A stretch of DNA of 64,000 nt from Tubiluchus corallicola (taxonomy: Eukaryota > Animalia > Priapulida). The stretch spans positions 1,054,001-1,118,000 of the forward strand of contig JAQGDQ010000018.1 in the NCBI GenBank assembly GCA_030141605.1. The letters run 5' to 3'. The position numbers and the translations under genes were made by a program. The first letter of the stretch is position 1, and each line of letters opens with the position of its first letter. The notes beneath the pieces are model-generated. The model saw only the letters and a list, made by a program, of their open reading frames with translations. It did no database searches and was not told where the DNA came from. Below, one piece after another: positions 37,494 to 50,600 of this stretch.

Positions 37494-40400
37494 ACCGGAG
37501 CCTGTGGCAAGAACTACAGTTATGTGCCTTTGATACTTTTCACCGCGAATAAGAGACAAGCTTATTTTGTCGCGAACACAGCTGTAATCCATTGAAATTA
37601 CACAATAAAGACCAATACAGAAATTTAATTAGCACCATAATTTTATTTAGCTAGTTAGTTTATTTATTGACGTTGACGCAAGGAAACTGCCCTGTAAAAT
37701 TAACAATGTCCATCTTGTATGCTATAAGGTTAGAGAGTTCGTAACAAATAAAATTTTATCTACTTGATAATTTAAATAAATTCAAAACTTTGTACGAGAA
37801 ACAACGAAAAGTAATTTGCTAAGTTCATTAAACCAAACATATTATTAAAGAATTGGCTTCTAAAATGTTCAGTAAGCTGACAATCTAACAATACATGTTC
37901 CTCATCTTGAATATCTCTGCCACTTATACTGAATTAGCGACTGTTTCATTCTGTAGCGTCAAACTTATTCTATTAGAACATTTTTGTCATTTTCCTTATT
38001 TCAGTTACAGTCATTTTCCGTAAGCCTGCAGCTTGGGCACGTTGATCTAGGATCTGCCATTAGGCACTACGTTTGGGTATACCACGGCACTCATTTTCAG
38101 GTCTTTGTGAACCGTGTAAAAAAGTTTACATAGAAACACTGTAGCTCGTTTAGGTTATATTTAAAACACGTTAGTTAATCACGTCAGTACACCAAAACAA
38201 CTTGTTTACACGTTTACTCTATATAATCTTATGAACATATTAGCATACAAGTTTTCACAAATTACTTGCTGTTAAAACTAGATAGGCCCATATTTCTTTA
38301 ATTCAACTGCAGCAAAGGCACTACTCGCTCACTCAGTCATGAAGCCAAGCCCATTATATGTAGATAATGAAAACTATATTTTTATGTATTTGTTTATTTA
38401 CACCATCGTCCTTGTAAAATGCACGATAAAATATATAGAAATAAAAAAGTCATAGTGAAAGCCGATATGGCGGAATTGTAATAACTTCCAGTTGTTCCAG
38501 GATCGATGAGTGCATCATAATTGTTACCCTACAAACTGTACCCTCCAAAAATAGTGCAATCCCATTTGATAGTCAATTACATTCTTGTGTTGTACTTTTT
38601 TATTTAGAAATAACAACAGGAACATTCATATTTTCCAGAACAGTATCGTACGTAAAATCTCACCATCCCCTGAGAGTAATTTTTCTCTAGTCTTGCTCTT
38701 GCAAGTTCTGTAACTTCTGTTGCGAGTTTTGCTGAGATTCAGCTCGCACTTACTGTTCGAGAGTCACAAACTGGCAACAAATTTTGCTCTCTATCTGAAA
38801 ACGCCTGCGAGTTAGTTGACGAGAAAATTCGTTAGTCTCAGCGCGCCGTTCAACCAGACGACGGACACGGGGGCTGCCAGCTTGTGGATAATAGACGAGC
38901 TTTGCTGATTGTTACAACTACAGTTTATTTAATATTAAACGCCAGTGGCTGATATTTATATGTATACTATAGACAAAAACTCTGTCTTCGAAAACCACAG
39001 TAAACGAAGTGCCTAAATGAATTTTGTAAGAACAACAATTGGGCGTCAATGCTTACGTACGCACGGACAGCGTGCTACAAATACAAATCAACCGTTGGTT
39101 CGTAATAATGCAAAATGCCAAGCAATAAACTGTAAGGTAGACACCTAGTTGTTAAAATATGTATCAGAGCCTATATTAAATTATAAACGAGCAAAGAGTG
39201 TCAGGGCTCAATATTATTAAATGTCAAAATTATTTTAGACGTGCATAAAATTGAAAAACTGTTAAAATTGTTAATTTGCATTGTTTTAAAATGTGTATCC
39301 ACTACAAAATAAAAGCTCCCATCGAAGCTCCAATGATTCAACAGATAATAGAATGCCAGAGTGCAATTGAAACGTTATTAATAAAAAAATGTATAAAATT
39401 GGTTTTGTTATTGGATATTTGTACCAACTAATCTACTTTCCACTGCAAAATTAACAACGTTTTTTCGAGATTGTAGGAGCCATCCCACTGGCGTAATAAT
39501 TGTAGCCTAGAATCATTTGCACTCTTAGAGTGCCTTTTACAATCACAAGCTGATTGTAGATTTTTTATCGTCAATGTCAACAGTTTCTGAAAGATCTTCA
39601 GCTAAGCAGGTCAGCTGTGTCATTTCAGACACAGAATTTTCCGCTGTTTAAGTATTCAAATACGACTTTGTTTATCTGGATAAAATAGTCTGATGCACTG
39701 CTGTGCAGCATTCAACTTACATTATGCATGTTAGCTTGCATCATAATTAACTATGCTAATGGATTGTGACAGTAAATTTATAATATGGAAAAAGTGTCAC
39801 ATTTAAGTTGGGAATGTACAAGTCTGTTTAGCTGGTTAATCAAACAACTTGTTATACCTTAAATAACATCACTAACTTAATTAAGAGCTTGTTGCACATT
39901 CAATCGTTACAGCATAATTTTGGATACGAATGAGCAACACTGATCCGTGGGACTAGTTACTACAGACTTTTCTGCCTTACAAATTGGTAGCAGAAAAACG
40001 ATTTTTGTATGGTGTACTAAAATGCAAGCTCATGTTTTTATACTGCACACAAAGAAGTTTGTTGCAAGCGTACAAAGCAAAAAATCATCAGCACATCTGT
40101 TGCCTACATTTTATTTTGGCAAATGGATGAACACTGAGGTGTAAGACCACATTTATTGTAAAAATACAGTATGTATTACGGGATACTCATAAGAATGTCA
40201 CTATGACACATGCATTGATGGTAAAATAACTGACACTTTGTAAAACTAAATAAAGGTATGCAGAAGAGTTTCTTAAATGCATCTATGATGTATAGTAAAG
40301 GTCTTTGATATAGTTTTATACATGTTTTAATAAAACATATAAGGCACCAGTTGACAAAACCAATTTAACACTAAATTAGAAAAGATTAACAGAAGGACAG

Positions 40401-41407
40401 AGTCTATGTAACCAGTAACAGATTTAATAGCATAATCTTTAAACCAGTGCAAGCCTTAAACAACAATAATTACCTACTATAACAGTGGGCACCTAAATTT
40501 GTAGCACGCGCCTTTATTAGGTTAGACAAGACACTAGATTTGTAAAGCAAAAAAATGAGCAAATTTTAATCTATGCAGCAAAATACTAAAAATATCCACC
40601 CATAACCACAATCTTATTTACATTGCTTATAAAAAAACCTTTTCCTAGAGGTAAGCAACAATGGTCTTGCTAGTTACCTTATAAATTTTCATCAATAAAG
40701 CACTGTACCGCACAGAATTGAAGAATTTGTGATATTATGAACTTAAGGGCAGATGTAATTCTTTCACATCACATAACAGTTTTCTCAGATTTTAAGACAT
40801 TTTACTAGTAAATGATCTATCAAAACAGAGTAACACATGGAGAACTTTTCTTAGTCAGTTTTACTTTTCTGAATCGGCATTAGTACTTCTTTTTGTGTTA
40901 ACTATATTGTAGCAGATTTAGTTGCAATTTTTTGTCATACTACTTTATAAAATTCATGTAAGTGGCGCCATCTGTGGCAATAATGTACACCCTTTAGTTT
41001 CAAGCCAGCTTTCAGCCAGTTACCTGTCAGTCACCTCTCTGTCCTTTACTTGTGCTGTAAACAGTCAAGTTTATCCACTTAATATGAGACATTTCTGGGC
41101 TGATTTTTGCTGCAAAAAGTATTTCAGTGGTATCAACTTCAGTTGGAAACGTTTCTGTCATTACATATATGTTGACCAAATTTGTTGACTAATGAATCAC
41201 TGCAAATTCCTCAAAATTTTGTTCAAACATTAACTAGCAAGGCTGAGTGAGAAAAATTCAAAAGCAATTTTATCAGCTGACAGTTACACACAAAAATAAA
41301 CGGAAAGAAAATACAACAATATGATTCGTTATGGCAAGTGATCCACCAACGACAACAACTTGTAGGTGCTTATGATACTCAAGTCACTGTAGTGGAATGC
41401 AGCTTTC

Positions 41408-44400
41408 TTAGCTCGTGACCATACTCTGCAAACACAAAAACAATTATAAGATTAAATAAATGTTTATTATTTAATATGTCAGGACTTTCAAGCAAGGAAT
41501 AGGTGTTGAGAATCTTGAAAGAGGAAGAAAATTACCTTTTGAAACAAAATCCTTCCATAGAAATACAAATCTGTGGGCTAATTTATATTGACTAATTAAA
41601 GTTTCTAAAAGAGTGATCATAAAAGCACCACACAAACATGTGCAAATATAATTAGTTAGAGTATAACATTATTAAGCTAATTTTGACAGATTCTGATATT
41701 ATTTGATCAAATGTATATGAACTGAGAAGTATTCCTGCATGTTAAATTTGATTAGTTAAGTCAGAGAAGATCAGAAGATTTTGTCAGAAGTTACCAAATG
41801 CTTTTTTTCACTGAAACATAAGTTTTCTTTCCAAAATTTAAACAATCATAACCTCACAATATTACTCATGTTTCATTATTTTTTACATGTACTTTTCAGT
41901 TACCTTGAGTTTATTTGAGATAAACATTTTTTTTTGTTTTTTACGTTCTACCCATCTATCCCGGTTTGAATGTATTTTATTAGTGGGCTGTTGAACTAAC
42001 ATACCTTCAGAACATGAAAGTTCAAGTGATGAGTTAACGAAGATAGTACCACAACCCATCACAGCCCTTTGAAAGTTGTCTGATTTTTTATTTCTCTATT
42101 TACGGTTTTATGCACAGTCGATAGGTGAACAGTAAGATGTAGGGAACATTAAGTCAGCAAAAACGAGATACTTACGACAGGAGTACCAGGCGGAGCAACG
42201 GTAGGAGCAGCAGTGGGAACTGTTGGTGCCGCTATGTACAGTGTAACTTGATGATCAACTTGGGCATGTGACAAGAGATCCCAACTATTCTGGTAGGTTT
42301 GCTGACAGGTGGCACAGGTCAACACTGCTGGTTCATTTGCTGCAAGTAAAAGTACAAATGACAGAACTTGTCTTGATACGTGTTACCCATAACCACTCAA
42401 AACTCAATCATGTAAAATAAAAAGCAGTACTCCAATAATTTTATTCTGTCATTAATAGTATTCTCATCATTTAAATAACCATTGTATAATAAATTACTAA
42501 TGTGAGCAAATTTCTCTAACATGGAAGTGATAACCACTAATTTCCAATCATTAAAAATTATAAGTAACGGTTTAAAAATTGATTTCATCCGTCATTTCTG
42601 ACCAACAAAACTAGTAAAACCTCCAGTTACAAGACAATTAAATTGTTGTAAAATGCAGACAATCTTATAGGGTCGACGAAATTTATGCACGACATTTAGA
42701 AAGTGTGCAGAAAAGGTGTAGCAACAAATAAGTTATTGGTGATCGTGCATTACTGAAAAAGGATTCCATGAACAAAATTTCAATTTTTTACTCAAGTGCC
42801 AATTAAGCAGTTTTGTTGCAAATGATGAGCTCGAGTTGCGGGTTATTCACTTGCAAAGTAACCTATAAAAAGGTCGGCTTTACCAGGATGTTGTTGTCAT
42901 TCTTGTTCACACATTCAACGCACGTACGATAAGCTTTGAAACCTGACAGCGTGTAGTTTAGTGGCAAACATTCTTTGGTTACCCGCTTGTGAAGTAATTT
43001 TTTGAAAGAAAAATGACTGTAGCTCAGCTATTAGAGCAGTTAGGAATTTGAAATTTGGCAAAAGAATGCCCTGTCTTGGTAGCACTTCGTAACGTGAATC
43101 TGATACAAATTTCAAGGCAGAATTGGTCAAGCGATGGCCAAAAATGCAAGTTTTGAAAATTGTGATACAATAGGATAACAGATCCAGAAGAACAGAGCAG
43201 GAATGTAGTCGATGGCCATAAAAGATCAAAAGCAGAACGCTTCTCACTTCTCAGTCCATCTAGAACTCTGCTATGAACAAATTTACAAATGAATAGTTAA
43301 ATACTTAGAGAATGCATGAATTTTAGAATGAATAATGAATGAATAACATCGTGAAGCCCCATAAATATATACATTTGAACAAAGTCTATGGAATGCATCT
43401 TTTGTATCGTTTTTCTGGTTTAAAAGTCGATTGCTTCACTTACCAGCTTTCTGCTGTAGTGCAGCACATCTACAATTGAATACCAACTGGCATCCCATTT
43501 GCTTGTGCTCATTTAAAGCATAGACATCAGTAAATTGCTCCTTACAATTTCCACAAATTATAATGTCATAACCTAAAACACAACAAAGTTTGGCCAAGGT
43601 TCAATATTTTACCAAGACAATGTATGTCAGGAAACAATGTATAGAGTCAACGCATGATAAAAAGGATGTAAAATAAGGCCTACTTTCTTTTTTGTTGAAG
43701 TTACACAGTCGCACAAATTTTGTTATCCATTCCTCTTAACAAACTGACATGCACTTTGATTATTTTAATTGCCTACAATAATCACTTAAGTGCCTCTACT
43801 GCTAATGTCTTTTGCTTAGATGCCTGAGAGAAGGATGTGAAACGAGCTCAAGTCCAAGTCGAGTTCCAAGTCTTCTGGGTTCAAATCCGAGTCATTTAAA
43901 GTCATTCTGGACCCATAAAAAATCTAACCATTAATCACTTTGTTTAAAGCTAAAATAAAACATAAAAGAAAGTTTTTTAAAAAGTAATTTTTTTTGCTTG
44001 AAACTAATGAATTGGCTTTACAGTTACCATAATAGCCCTCTCCAACAGAACCAGAGGTCTGGTACACAGAACTTTCCAAAAGTTGTGGAATTGGAGCTCC
44101 ATTTTCACCCTTTCGTTTTTTGAAGCTGCAACAAGAGTTTATCAGAATTAAAAAATAGTATAGTTTTCATATTAAATAAACATGTAGGTGATGGCAGCTT
44201 ATTAATGAATAAACTTTGTAGTAATATCTAGTACTCACACCTGTTATCAAAATTTATGTCCGCTTTGTTATTTTTTTAAAGATGTGAACAATTTCGCCAA
44301 ACATGATTTGGGCAGTGTTTTGAAGGGAGATACAAATGTATAGCTTTTTTAGTTAAGTGTATTAATGTAAAGATTGACCAGCAAACCAATGTCTTGAAGA

Positions 44401-46965
44401 TAGGACAATACGACTGCTTCCAGACAGAATGAGAAAAAGGTTTTTTTCTGTTAGTTTTCAAATGCCTTAAATAATACCTGCCTGCAAATCTGTCAAATGA
44501 TATTTATAACTATGCAAATTAATAACAGTTTGTAAGCATACGGATTTGGTTCTCCAGCTTGTCCAGCCTCAAGTTTCGGAGCTTGTTGATTAGCCTTTGG
44601 TTCACATGCTATGTTACAGTCTATATGAAATAAAAGTAACAACATTACATTGCATGGTATATGGAAAGTAAGCAGTCAAAAAGACCCAAAAAAAGTTGCG
44701 CTTGTACTGATGAAAGAAAACTTATACCAAGTATCTGTCCAACAAGAGCTCTGCCATTTACATCTTGTGATGCTGCCCGTGCAACAGGAATGCTATGGTA
44801 CTGAACAAAAGCATAACCTTTGTGCATGGAAATTGCCATGATGGGGCCATAACGCTGAAATATCTTTTGCACATCTTCTCTTGTGGCCTAATAAAAACAC
44901 AACAGGGAACTAGGCTTATTTTGCTAGCACAATAAAATGTCAATTTTTACTGAAAAGCTCTCACACTATAGATTACTGGCCATAATTAAAGTTATAACTC
45001 TTTTTTGCATATGCACTAGTGCAAGTAAACTAAATGCCCACATACTTTTCCTGTATTGAGGTTTCCAACAAAAACTCTTGCTCGAGGATCACCACTTTTT
45101 GTATCTGTGCCAATTACTGCTGCGTGCTGAAAAAGAGAGCAAACTCCAACAGAAATTAATAATACATTCAAAGTAGCTACACAATGCCATCATTGTACAC
45201 CTGCACAACAATTAAAAAGAAATATTTTACACCTCAAGTTTTCATTTGTACAATTAGAGGTCTATGAAATTATAGGATAAGGAGCTGGTGAGTGGGAAAT
45301 TGCCATACCACGATTTAATAAGACTCTGCAGTTCAAGACAAAATTGCTTTCCTCCTCCAGCACTGCAATTTGAGTTTTTATTGAGTAAAGCATTTTTGTT
45401 TGGCATTAGGACATTGCAGTTCCTGCAACCATTATTAATAAGGTAGTTTACTAACAAACTGTAGTAAATTAAAACAATATTTACTGTTTAATACAAAATT
45501 TACTAGTCACTTGTTCACTTGTTTTATATTAAAAAAATACATAATCGTTGTGTTACACTGTTGCCAATATCAAATTATAAATAGAATTAGCTGATAAATC
45601 AGCAATTCTACTCTGTTATTCATATCAACTTGCATTTTTGTAGCTAGATTGGCTTATAAGTCTGTTAATTATAATCAGCTAGGCTGAATGGTAACTGCAC
45701 AAACTTTAACTTAATAGATGTCTGGATATATATATCTAAATGTATAATATAATTTATGTATATATAAATGAACATAATATATATATATATATATATATCC
45801 CTGCTAATAAGAGTTTAAGACCAGATAATTATGCAATTTAAATGCAAGAATTAAGCAAATAACCGTGTGAACAGACCACAGTAATTCTACTAATGATATC
45901 TAACCATGTCAGCTGACAGTGAAATTAAAATTAAAGGTCAGTGATGTAGTACAGGTTCAAAAATTTAGGACCTTATATTTAAGCTTAAAATGTAAAACTA
46001 CTGGATGCTTTTCACTATCTAAACAGCCACTTTTTAAGCCATCATCACCATCATCACCATTAAAGGACACCAAATGTTGACTTATTTTTCTCAAAATCTG
46101 CCAGTGTTTTCTTTTTCATGATTTTGTAGCTAATGTTCTATAAAAAAAATTGGGAGATTTAAAAATTTAAACAAATGTCTTATCACCTTGTGCAGGTAAA
46201 TATTGGCTTTTTACCAAATAAGCAGTGCCTAGAGAGAAATGACAATGTAGAAAAATTATTAGCTCATATCTATATTGTGTATCGCAAGAGTTAAAATCAT
46301 AAAAGTTTCACAAAGCATAAAAATCTACAAGTTGTGAGCAATTTTAAAGTAAAGCAGTTCTGAAATAAATTAAATCGAATTTATGGTTAATTGTACTGCA
46401 GCTTTTCTCCTTTTTCAGCAGGAGAATCTTAGTAAAAGAAACTTGTAAAAATGTAGTTTAGTTGAACAATTGTAATTTCTAAGAAACTCTCAGTAAAAAA
46501 AATCATGAAAAACCCAAGCTAAAGGTCTAGTCAAACAAGTGTAACAAAATAAAGCAAAACAAGAACAAATAAATATGCCATTCACATGTTATTATACATC
46601 TCGCTAGAACTTTCTGCTGTTTGCTGCTACATGCACTGCAGAGCAGTAACAAAAATTGTGTTTGTGTGTGCTTAACAACATCTTTTACAGTAAGAAAAAA
46701 AGAAAAGGCAAAAAAGAGTTTTTGTGAAAAAATGGAAAATGTATTACCTATGGCTAAAAAATGTTTAAAAAAAACTTCATTAATTATAATAAAAAATAAA
46801 AACGAAAGAGAAGCCCATTATGATCAACTTAATACTGACAAAAGATGGAGTGTACATGTAGTAAAAAGTAAATAAAAACGAAAAGAAAAAACTCACGATG
46901 GGGACACCCATATGTGGTGCACCCAAACGAGGTACACCCATAGGAAAACGAGGTGGTCTGTTCAT
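41408..46965 (-). CDS. hnRNP C/RALY-like RRM protein with C-terminal BCL11-type CCHC and C2H2 zinc fingers (8 coding exons, 265 aa)
   Basis: Exons 46965-46897, 45126-45046, 44887-44728, 44620-44542, 44125-44028, 43572-43444, 42339-42176, 41425-41408 join by GT-AG introns into 798 nt ending TAA. RNP2 RVFVGNLNT, RNP1 HKGYAFVQY and GQILDCNIACEPK are typical of the hnRNP C RRM. Confidence 0.88.
42176..42339 (-). CDS. hnRNP C-like gene exon 7 (C2H2 finger and P/A/T-rich tail)
   Basis: EPAVLTCATCQQTYQNSWDLLSHAQVDHQVTLY; acceptor TACTTGCAG, donor C|GTAAGT. Confidence 0.88.
43444..43572 (-). CDS. hnRNP C-like gene exon 6 (CCHC finger)
   Basis: DIIICGNCKEQFTDVYALNEHKQMGCQLVFNCRC; acceptor GTGTTTTAG, donor G|GTAAGT. 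Confidence 0.88.
44728..45126 (-). CDS. hnRNP C-like gene exons 2-3 (RRM core)
   Basis: DPRARVFVGNLNTGK|ATREDVQKIFQRYGPIMAISMHKGYAFVQY...GRALVGQIL; intron 45045-44888. Confidence 0.92.
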
Positions 46966-49061
46966 TGTTCAGAAAACCTTGAAAGAAAAATCTCACCTGT
47001 AAAAAGAGTAAAAAACTGTTTCTTTGCAAAAAACAATAAGATGAAAATTTCCAAGACAGGTAATTCTAAAACAATGTCAAAAATGAGAAAAACCGAAAAT
47101 TCAACTCTCCAGAAAAAATAGAAATTTATGCTCTTTTTCGCACGGCCTCTGCAACTCAGTGATTATGTTTTCTTGTGGCTTTTTTCTTCAAAGGTCTATA
47201 AAACAGCTGCCACAGCAACTATCACATGTAAAAACAGATTATAAAGCCAAAAATCAAATTACTACTACTGACAAACAAACAGGATTTTCTCACACTTTCC
47301 TGATATTTATAAAATTAGCATAACTTAATGCCCATTTATCTTTCCAGTCATTTGACTGCTAACTTACCAATAGTTGTGATTATTTAAAAAAAGTCGTCTT
47401 CGAGAAAAACTCAAAACAGAAAAATGGAGTGCCTATAAGTGTTATAGAGGCAAAATGATGAACTGCAATAAAAGAAAAAATTTTAGTAAAAAATAGCTGT
47501 CATTGATGTAGCAGCTAAATGGTAATGTATATACAATGAATATATTATCAAAAAAGGCATTGAGTAAATTAATGTCAAGTTTTTAATATCTATGTAGAAG
47601 AAGTTAGATTAAAAATTAAAAGGAAAAATTCAAATGGCCAAAATTACAATCAGGAAACTCTAGATTTTCCAATTATGATTGTCGCAAATACTCTTTACCT
47701 CTATTATAGCCTACATACAGTAGTGCCTCAGCTAAGGTAAAATCGGAGAAGTATTTAGCTTCAGCCAGTGCAGCAATAAATCTAATCTAGAGACTTAAAT
47801 GTGCTAAAATAATCTATAGTTTCCCTCATGACATTTGAGTAAAACTTGATCTAATTTTAAATCTGGGTTAACTGGAAGAATTCTACAAGAAATTCTGGTA
47901 ACTACAGGACGGCCTGTAAGACATCTTGTTGAAGTTCTCGCTTTGGCCTGTGGGTTCATACTACCCCACCACAAGCATTTTCACTATTCATTTGGCCTGG
48001 CTTCATTTGACACTTTTCTAATTTCTAAAACTATTGAATAACATGAGACTGTTACAAGTCAAAACAGACTAGGCTAACTGAGTGACGCCTAGAAGTAAGA
48101 ACTTTTTAATTACCTTTCATACACAATAAGGTGCACACTATACCTGGAATATGTATATAAACTCAATAAGGAAACCTTGCTAAACTTAGTAACTGGGGGA
48201 AAAGGCATTACCAAATCAGAATGTTTGACACATTAGGCCACAGAATTCTTTTGGTTGAAGCCTACACTATAGAAGACCATCAGGATTTTGCTAGCATTTC
48301 AAATAAATGTGTAGGTAGGTCAAAAATTTTAGCAAGTTGTGGTGCAACCGGTACAATATACCCTTTTCAAAGCCCAGAAAAATACCATTTTAATAGGTTA
48401 TGCTAGTCTACAAAATCAAACAGCTCTACCTACTACTAGATACTAGACTTTTGAACTTTCAATAGTTAGAGCCGTAAAAGCTTTTGACATTTCATTGTTA
48501 TTAGTGATACACAGCCTCACCACAATTAATATACTTTGTTTAAGACCACTGAGTACTGTTTTAATATCGACTAAAAATCATACTCTACTATCAAGTTTTA
48601 GGGTTAGTTAAAAACAAAATTCAAGTAAAATTATAAAAATTGCTTTGTGATTTGCAAATGTTAGTATTTTCACAAATATTTTTATTTGCTTTGCTGTAAT
48701 TAATCATCGTCTGTTGGGTAAATCTAATTAACAAAGTTAGAGCCCAATTTTCATAACGTCCCCAAGATAATTGTACAAACTGGAATGTCTAATGAATGAA
48801 TTTGTCTGTCTATTTCTAGGTGTTAATTAAACTAATAAAACCTGCTAAAAATAATAAGATGCCATATTAGTTAGCGTAAGCTGTTTAGCAACACAAATCA
48901 GCAATAATCCAAAACATAACTTGTTCTCCAAAAGTAGTCAGTTTTTGTAATGTCTTAAAAGCCTATTTGTAACAAAGGGCAAAATTCTTTTTCCGCAACC
49001 AAGAAAAGTACGGCATAAAAGATCACGAACAATAATAATTATGCATCCATAGATAACATAC

Positions 49062-49140
49062 CTGACATTAAACAGCTGACGTCATTAACAAACTACTCAA
49101 TAAAGTGCCTCAAAAAATCCTGTTTGCTGCATATGCAAAC
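49062..49140 (-). other. Candidate 5' UTR exon of the hnRNP C-like gene
   Basis: Acceptor GATTTTTTAG|G and donor CAG|GTATGT 79 nt apart, upstream of the first coding exon. Confidence 0.45.
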
Positions 49141-50317
49141 CTAAAAAATCATTCATTAAAAATTATTATAAAACTAAATTTAAAATTGCTGCTATAAAAA
49201 ATATATAAAGAGATGGGCAGGCGTTAGGCCTGGCATATATTTCAGTAGTTTTGAAAGTGGGCCAACGATTCACAAATCATTAGGTTTCTCTTCCTTTAGG
49301 GTGTGATGAAGATTTCAAAGTATTTCACATTTGGCAAAATTTTCTAGATGTTGTCGGTATCTATGTTGTGCCAAATTAAATTTTGCCAGTCCAAGTACAT
49401 AACAAAACTTTTAGCTATTCCAAATAATATTTCCAGCACTTTAATGATCTGATTTTATCCAAATTTATCTAAGAAATATTCAAGGTCAATTTGAATACAA
49501 TACAAATCAGGATGAATTTAATTTTTCAAATTAGATTATCACCAACTACTAATCAACTTTTTAATTTGATTAGTAATACCATTTCTTGATTAGCACCTTA
49601 CCATTGAATATTTCTGGCGAATATACGAGGGCTAGAAAAATTCAGTTACAATTACAAGCAAGCATAGATAATGACAAAATAAATGGTGGTAGTTCTGTTC
49701 TTCTTTCTTTATTTTAAACTCTTTAAAGTATTTCACCTTCTTTCCCCTTACATGCCACTATATAGTTATGGATATACCTTATAAATCTTGAAAATGCAGA
49801 GTGGCTTCTCAGCCAATTATACATTCATGTAGCTTGCTAGTCAGTACATTTCTTCACATTATTACATTTCAAAGCATTACTGCTAATTCCCACTATAAAT
49901 GTTGAACTAAAATGTTATCAAGGCCTTTTATTTCATCTTGGTATTACGTGCATATGTTTTTTTCACAATAGGCCTACTGTAACAGATTCATCAAGACTCA
50001 ACTACCATCATTTTCAGCTGTCTTATAATGGGTCCAGTCTTATAAAACTCAGTCTTTTTGGATACTACTTCAGGTGATTTCTATCAGTTTTGCACATAGC
50101 AGATAGTAGGCGAACTGGTTATGTTCATAAACTTTTGTTTTCCACTTTTCACTCATTGTAACAAAAGGAATAAAACAAGTTGTAAGTTCAACAAACACCA
50201 ATCAAACAAGAAATTACTATTACGCTTGTCGAGGCATTTCACAGATACTAGGGCTAATTAAAAATATATTGAAAATGGCAATTAGTTGAGGCCACTTGCA
50301 ACTACTGAAATATGTGA

Positions 50318-50600
50318 AATTCGGCTCAATTCGGTTTTAGCAAAATAAACGTGTGGAAATTCGGTTCGGAAAAAAGGTTTGAAAAATTCGGTACCGATTT
50401 GGTTTGGTAGAATCGGGTTTCGGCGCATCCCTGCCAATTTTCACTAACTTAAAACGATAAAACATTGCAAAGTTCATAATTCTTTTCATTTGGAATTATA
50501 AGAAAATTCAGTTCAGATACTGAAAAAATTCAGTTCAGCTTCGGTCCAGTATTCCAGTTTAACTTGAATAGTTTTCAGAATTCGGTTCCATAATCAGGTT
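50318..50600. mobile_element. hAT-like MITE remnant with ATTCGGTT subterminal repeats
   Basis: Clustered TTCGGTT motifs and an end-like TTCGGCGCATCCCTG at about 50419-50433. Confidence 0.45.
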
